From Candidatus Nanohalarchaeota archaeon (GTDB lineage Archaea > EX4484-52 > B79-G9), in assembly GCA_003660865.1 (NCBI GenBank), contig QMVA01000002.1, positions 1-38,156 on the forward strand: a stretch of 38,156 nucleotides of DNA, given 5' to 3'. Numbering within the stretch: position 1 is the first letter of the stretch; every line of letters starts with the position of its first letter. This document shows positions 34,889-38,156 of the stretch, piece after piece. Below the pieces are notes generated by a model, which saw nothing but the letters and a program-made list of their open reading frames with translations, ran no database searches and was not told the DNA's origin. The translations under genes were made by a program, and so were the position numbers.

Positions 34889-35272
34889 TCAGTTGATTTG
34901 CATGTTGAGGATGCGGAATTGTTTTAGTATCTTGTCTTTTTCTGTGTCGTATATTACGAGGTACTCGTTGCTTGTGGATGTGTATTCTATTTTGCATATG
35001 TTTTTGCCGGTGAGGTTGGCGTATATTGTGGGTTGCTTTTCTGTGAGTTGTTCTATGTTGTTTTCTGTTAGGTGTGTTATTTTTGTGCTGTAGGTTTCGT
35101 AAGGTTTGAGTTCGGGGTGGTTTTGGAGGTTTTCGAGGATTTACCGGTCTGTTGTTTGCTGGTTGTGTGTTGTTGTTTCCGGGGTGTCTTTTTCTGGTTG
35201 CTGGTGGTTTGTGGTTATTGCTATGATTATTGCGATTGCTATTGTGCAGATTATTATGTTTTGGGTTTTCAT
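34889..35272 (-). pseudogene. Signal-anchored hypothetical protein (127 codons) with an internal TAA; absent from the ORF track
   Basis: MKTQNIIICTIAIAIIIAITT...TTDR*ILENLQNHPELK...QFRILNMQIN*; stop at 35141-35143, after which the frame stays open for 83 codons. Confidence 0.7.
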
Positions 35273-35286
35273 TTTTTTCACTTATG

Positions 35287-35946
35287 TTATTTCATGTATT
35301 TTTCTTCCCATGCGTTGAGTTCTTCGTCAGAGAGTTCATCGTCTATTTTTTCTTTGATTTCTTTGTCTTCTGAGTAGTGGTTCCTGTTGATCAGGCCGTA
35401 TGCTATGCCTGTTGCGAAGCCGGCGAGGTGGGCGGCGTGGCCTGTGTTGTCTGCGGGTGCGAAAAAGCCTACAAGGTCGATGAGGATCCACATGCCTGAG
35501 AGGAGTATTAGGGGGAGCGGTGCGCCGAAGTATACTATCATTTTCGGGCGCAGGACTGTGATTGCGCCGAGTATGCCCATGATGGCGCCGGATGCGCCCA
35601 AGGATATTGAGTTTGGGTAGAATATTATGCCTGCGAGGTTTCCTGCTATGCCGGCTGTCAGGTAGAGGCCGAGGAATTTTTTTGAGCCTATTATTTTTTC
35701 TAATAGTATTCCGAAGAGGCCGAGTGCGACCATGTTCTGGAGAAGGTGGTTGAGGTTGAGGACTGCTGCGCCGTCAGGGAGTGTTGTGCTTGTTGAATGG
35801 AGGAACATTGCTGTGACTAGTGTCCATGGGGTTTGCATGATGGTGGATGGGTTCAGGGCGAAGAGGGGGATTATGTATGGGGACATTAGTTCGAGGATGA
35901 AGATTACGATGTTGATTGCAAGAAGTTTCAATGTGTAGTACTTCAT
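35287..35946 (-). CDS. Rhomboid intramembrane serine protease
   Basis: PWTLVTAMFLH, HLLQNM, GASGA and AHLAG motifs. Confidence 0.95.
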   Translation of the reverse strand: MKYYTLKLLAINIVIFILELMSPYIIPLFALNPSTIMQTPWTLVTAMFLHSTSTTLPDGAAVLNLNHLLQNMVALGLFGILLEKIIGSKKFLGLYLTAGIAGNLAGIIFYPNSISLGASGAIMGILGAITVLRPKMIVYFGAPLPLILLSGMWILIDLVGFFAPADNTGHAAHLAGFATGIAYGLINRNHYSEDKEIKEKIDDELSDEELNAWEEKYMK

Positions 35947-35968
35947 GGTTTGTTTTTTGGGTTCTGTG

Positions 35969-35976
35969 GTTTATAT
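35969..35976 (-). promoter_or_regulatory. Putative TATA box for rhomboid (probably leaderless)
   Basis: ATATAAAC 23-30 nt upstream of ATG 35946; no SD. Confidence 0.45.
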
Positions 35977-35984
35977 TTGTTGGG

Positions 35985-36638
35985 CTAGAAGTCTCCTAGG
36001 CCTTTTTGGGTTTTTGATTTGATGAGGTCTTTTGTGGTCTGCCAGCTTTGTCTTATGTAATCCGGAAGTGTGTCATGTGACTGTATGTACTCTTTTAGGA
36101 AGGTTTTTGTGTTTGGGTCTGAGGGGTAGCCTGAGCCTAGCTTTATGTTGTGTTTTTTTTCTATGAGTCTTATCTGCCTGTCGCGCTCTGTTTTTGCGAT
36201 TATGGATGCGGCGCTTACGGCTGTGTAGTTTAGGTCGGCTTTGAATTCTGCTGTTATTTTTGTTTTTGTGGTTATTTTTGCCTCTAGTTCCTGTGTGAAT
36301 GTTTTGCTGTTTGATGGGAGGTCGATTATTGTTTTTTTTGCGTCTGGTGTCTGATTTATTATCTTTATTATGGCGTTCATTTCTACGTGGTTTAGGGATA
36401 TATTTTTCATGTCGTTGTCGATTTGTTTTGCGCTGATGATTACAACTCTCACATTTAGGGCTATTTTTATGATTTCTTTTTCGAGGATTTCGCGCTTTTT
36501 TGGGCTTAGGAGTTTTGAGTCTGTTATGCCGAGTTCTTTTAGGTGTGGTTCATGTTCTTTTTTTATGTGGACGCCTGAGACTACTAATGGGCCTATTACC
36601 GGTCCCCTGCCTGCCTCGTCTATTCCGAGTGTGTCCAT
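35985..36638 (-). CDS. rnhB: Ribonuclease HII
   Basis: GIDEAGRGPVIGP, DSKLL, VSAASIIAK and GSGYPSDP motifs; C-terminal PIP box QKGLGDF. Confidence 0.97.
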   Translation of the reverse strand: MDTLGIDEAGRGPVIGPLVVSGVHIKKEHEPHLKELGITDSKLLSPKKREILEKEIIKIALNVRVVIISAKQIDNDMKNISLNHVEMNAIIKIINQTPDAKKTIIDLPSNSKTFTQELEAKITTKTKITAEFKADLNYTAVSAASIIAKTERDRQIRLIEKKHNIKLGSGYPSDPNTKTFLKEYIQSHDTLPDYIRQSWQTTKDLIKSKTQKGLGDF

Positions 36639-36706
36639 AGGTTCTTTTTTGGGCAGGGTAAGATATATAAATGTTTGTAGTGTTAGGGATTATATCTCTT
36701 TTTTAA

Positions 36707-36813
36707 AGCGAGGTGGAGCAGCCTGGAGTGCTCGTTGGGCTCATATGATGGCATAAGTTTTGTGTGTTGTCTGTGTTACCCAAAGGTCGATGGTTCAAAT
36801 CCATCCCTCGCTA
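36707..36813 (+). tRNA. Initiator tRNA-Met(CAU) with a 32-nt intron at 37/38 (36746-36777)
   Basis: A1-U72 pair (AGCGAGG/CCTCGCT), GGG/CCC in the anticodon stem, CAT anticodon; intron hairpin GATGGCATA/TGTGTTGTC. Confidence 0.93.
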
Positions 36814-36851
36814 TTCTAAATTATATAAAGGTGGATGGGTAATTAGTGTGT

Positions 36852-37055
36852 ATGAAAGGGTCGTTGTTCAGTTTTAATGTTTTTGTGGCTGTGTTAGTTC
36901 TTTTACCGTCGGTTGTGCTTTTGTATCACTTTAGTGCTGAGATTAATGAGGTCTGTGATATGAGTAGTAATGTTGTGTTGTATACTATTGTTCTTAGTTG
37001 TGTTGCCCTGCTTTCTTTGATGACTATTCTTAAGGAACTTTTGAGTTTTGAGTGA
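36852..37055 (+). CDS. Small two-TM membrane protein
   Basis: ATG 36852 (GTG 36846 alternative); two hydrophobic segments; upstream TTATATAAA. Confidence 0.5.
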   Translation: MKGSLFSFNVFVAVLVLLPSVVLLYHFSAEINEVCDMSSNVVLYTIVLSCVALLSLMTILKELLSFE

Positions 37056-37093
37056 GTTTAAGTTATATTAATTTATGCTCTTAATTAAAGGTT

Positions 37094-38119
37094 ATGTCTG
37101 ATTTGTTTGATGTTGAGTCTTCTGTTATTAGGAGTGAGGAGCCGCTTACTGATGTGTTTGCGCCTACACGGCTTCTTCACAGGGAAGGGCAGAGGGATTA
37201 TCTTGCGTCGTGTATGAAGCCGGTGGTTGTCGGGAGGATGCCGAGGAATGTGTTTTTGTTTGGACCTACTGGTGTGGGTAAGACTTCTCTTGTTCTTTGG
37301 ATGTTTGATGAACTTTTGAGCTATACTGATAACGTGCGGACGTGCTATGTCAATTGCTGGAAGAGCGGGTCTACTCATGCTGTTCTTTCGAAGATTGTGA
37401 GTGATCTTAGGATTTTTTCTAACCCGCGCAGGCAGACTAAGGAGCTGCTTGAGGATATTGAGGGGAGTCTTAAGAAGAGTGGCAAGAAGCTGATTGTTGC
37501 TTTGGATGAGGTTGACAGGCTTGAGAGTTATGATGTGCTTTATGATCTTTGCCGGAGCGGGTGCGGGGTTGTGTGTATATCGAATGATGAGCATGCGCTT
37601 GCTAATGTTGATGTGAGGATTAAGAGTTCGCTTTCTTTGGAGTGGCTTGAGTTTAAGGAGTATTCTGCTGATGAGATGTATGATATTCTTTCTGACAGGG
37701 CGAATCTTGCGTTTGCGCCGGGGGCGATAAGTGAGACTGTGCTTAGGATTGCGGCAGTGCAGGCGGGCGGAGATGCGCGGGTGGGGCTTGAGATACTTCG
37801 CAAGGCTGCGCTTTTCTCGGATGATGCGGGGGTTTCTGTGATTGGGAAGGAGCAGGTGATTAGGGCGCATAAGGATGCGGTTTCTGTTAAGGTGCGACAG
37901 ATTGTTGAGTCTTTAGGGGAGTATCAGAGGATGCTTTTTTTGATTGTTGAGAAGGCGAGGACTGTGAAGTCGTCTGAGTTGTGGAGTGCTTTTTCTGAAA
38001 AGACGGGGGGCAAGGTGTCTGAGAGGAGTTATAGGAATTATATGGATAAGCTTGTTACACTGAAGCTTGTTCAGGCTAGCGGGGATGTCCGGTGGAGAGA
38101 GTATAGTACAATATTATAA
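37094..38119 (+). CDS. cdc6: Cdc6/Orc1 family AAA+ ATPase
   Basis: P..L.HRE, Walker A GPTGVGKT, YVNC, Walker B LDEVD, GDARVG and a C-terminal winged-helix-like region. Confidence 0.93.
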   Translation: MSDLFDVESSVIRSEEPLTDVFAPTRLLHREGQRDYLASCMKPVVVGRMPRNVFLFGPTGVGKTSLVLWMFDELLSYTDNVRTCYVNCWKSGSTHAVLSKIVSDLRIFSNPRRQTKELLEDIEGSLKKSGKKLIVALDEVDRLESYDVLYDLCRSGCGVVCISNDEHALANVDVRIKSSLSLEWLEFKEYSADEMYDILSDRANLAFAPGAISETVLRIAAVQAGGDARVGLEILRKAALFSDDAGVSVIGKEQVIRAHKDAVSVKVRQIVESLGEYQRMLFLIVEKARTVKSSELWSAFSEKTGGKVSERSYRNYMDKLVTLKLVQASGDVRWREYSTIL

Positions 38120-38156
38120 ATGGTTGAGTTACAGCCTTGTAAAGGGCTGGTGATTA

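Noticed and set aside
7904..35143. Genome-wide stop-codon reassignment, suggested by the TAG in hicB and the TAA at 35141
   Set aside because: Two different codons are involved; TAG, TAA and TGA all end conserved genes at their expected C-termini (rnhB TAG, tuf TAA, rfcS TGA)
36814..38156. Replication origin next to cdc6
   Set aside because: No ORB-like repeats seen upstream and no skew switch inside the window; only 37 nt downstream are visible
1..38156. CRISPR array, rRNA, inteins, integrase or transposase
   Set aside because: No regularly spaced repeat-spacer units or rRNA-like tracts; RFC, Rpo1, Rpo2 and Cdc6 have intein-free lengths; no recombinase motifs recognised

Overview
Archaeal chromosomal window, inferred DPANN-like from divergent informational proteins, multi-intron tRNAs and pseudogenes; lineage cannot be fixed from sequence alone. 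The minus strand carries rpo5-rpo2N-rpo2C-rpo1 (A' and A'' fused)-rpl30e-nusA-rps12-rps7, then fusA-tuf-rps10. Between rps7 and fusA lies a ~7.5 kb accessory block. It encodes a MATE exporter, a minimal SerK/ParB-fold kinase-like gene interrupted by a 154-bp insertion, a MOSC protein, a macrodomain, the DUF39 + NIL-ferredoxin + UPF0280 sulfide-to-homocysteine trio and an orphan HicB. There are three tRNAs: Lys (three BHB-type introns, one carrying a second, CUU, anticodon loop), Thr(GGU) and initiator Met (one intron). The right half holds a UbiA-family prenyltransferase, rpl40e, AK6-type adenylate kinase, ABC1/UbiB kinase, a class III-signal pilin coupled to a secreted transglutaminase, RFC small subunit, a repeat surface protein fused to a Yip1-like domain, rhomboid, RNase HII and Cdc6/Orc1. 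I also found two MITE-like elements, two further pseudogenes, a tandem palindrome pair and a strong G+T bias on the plus strand. No CRISPR array, rRNA or transposase was seen. All family calls are by motif recognition; no searches were run.
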